This document shows positions 35,131 to 35,543 of a stretch of 35,543 nucleotides of DNA, in pieces. The stretch is from Veleropilina oligotropha (Eukaryota). Position 1 is the stretch's first letter, and each line of letters begins with the position of its first letter. The translations under genes were made by a program, and so were the position numbers. A model generated the notes under the pieces. That model did no database searches and had not been told where the DNA came from. It saw nothing but the letters and a program-made list of their open reading frames with translations. The DNA is taken from NCBI GenBank assembly GCA_048128005.1, contig JBEUKZ010000044.1:1-35543 (forward strand). Direction: 5' to 3'.

Positions 35131-35278
35131 GGTTACTAACCGAGTTGGAGGTATTCATCGATTTGAAATACCTGCGCCCGTGCGGATCGTGACACCGAGA
35201 CCGCGAAGTGGTCGAGGTGTTACCGCACTGAAGCAGGTCTTTCAAATCGATGAATACCGACTAACGGGGTTTGTAACC
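35131..35278. mobile_element. Imperfect hairpin element, possibly a non-autonomous Crypton-like repeat
   Basis: Arms GGTATTCATCGATTTGAAATACCTGC / GCAGGTCTTTCAAATCGATGAATACC with outer GGTTAC/GTAACC. Confidence 0.5.
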
Positions 35279-35543
35279 GATTTACACAACGGCCAATTAG
35301 CTCCTTTGTTGTCAATTTCTCTTGTGATCAGCTTTAGCTGTCTTGCACGGACGCCGGTCGGTATAGAGTGAAAAGTAGGGCGGTATGGCCATACCACCCT
35401 ACTTTTGAATCGCCATTGAAAACAAGGTGTTCACGCTGAATACCAACCTCTTCAAAACAAAAGAGCCGTTGTGTAATTCCTGGTTATTGGCCTGTTCATT
35501 CAATATTCCTTCCCAACTCTCTCTGAGAGTATTACGGCCAAGT

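Overview
AT-rich, repeat-dense eukaryotic (probably marine invertebrate) genomic DNA; no prokaryotic or CRISPR features. Two intact spliced genes lie on the minus strand. (1) A 5-exon gene for a predicted secreted 244-aa protein with a C-type lectin domain plus a C-terminal PAN/apple-like Cys-rich module: join 18084-18024, 11206-11028, 10412-10304, 9496-9392, 8971-8691. (2) A 4-exon fatty acid-binding protein gene, 138 aa: join 33837-33759, 32746-32574, 29783-29673, 24161-24108. The rest is mostly transposable elements and tandem repeats. These include a nested LINE stack (RTE relic, RNase H-bearing I-group LINE, young 5'-truncated CR1), a tRNA-derived SINE family with about 9 copies, and a 628-bp near-perfect palindromic MITE with a 9-bp TSD. 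There are also two TAC...GTA MITEs with 6-bp TSDs, one holding a 21-bp array whose 9-bp spacers occur in either orientation. Helentron-type (HINE-like) elements occur too: one carries a ~167-bp satellite, and one family carries an internal TATA/A-box/B-box/oligo-T Pol III-like cassette. Several mini- and microsatellites are also present. All calls come from reading the sequence; no database searches were run.
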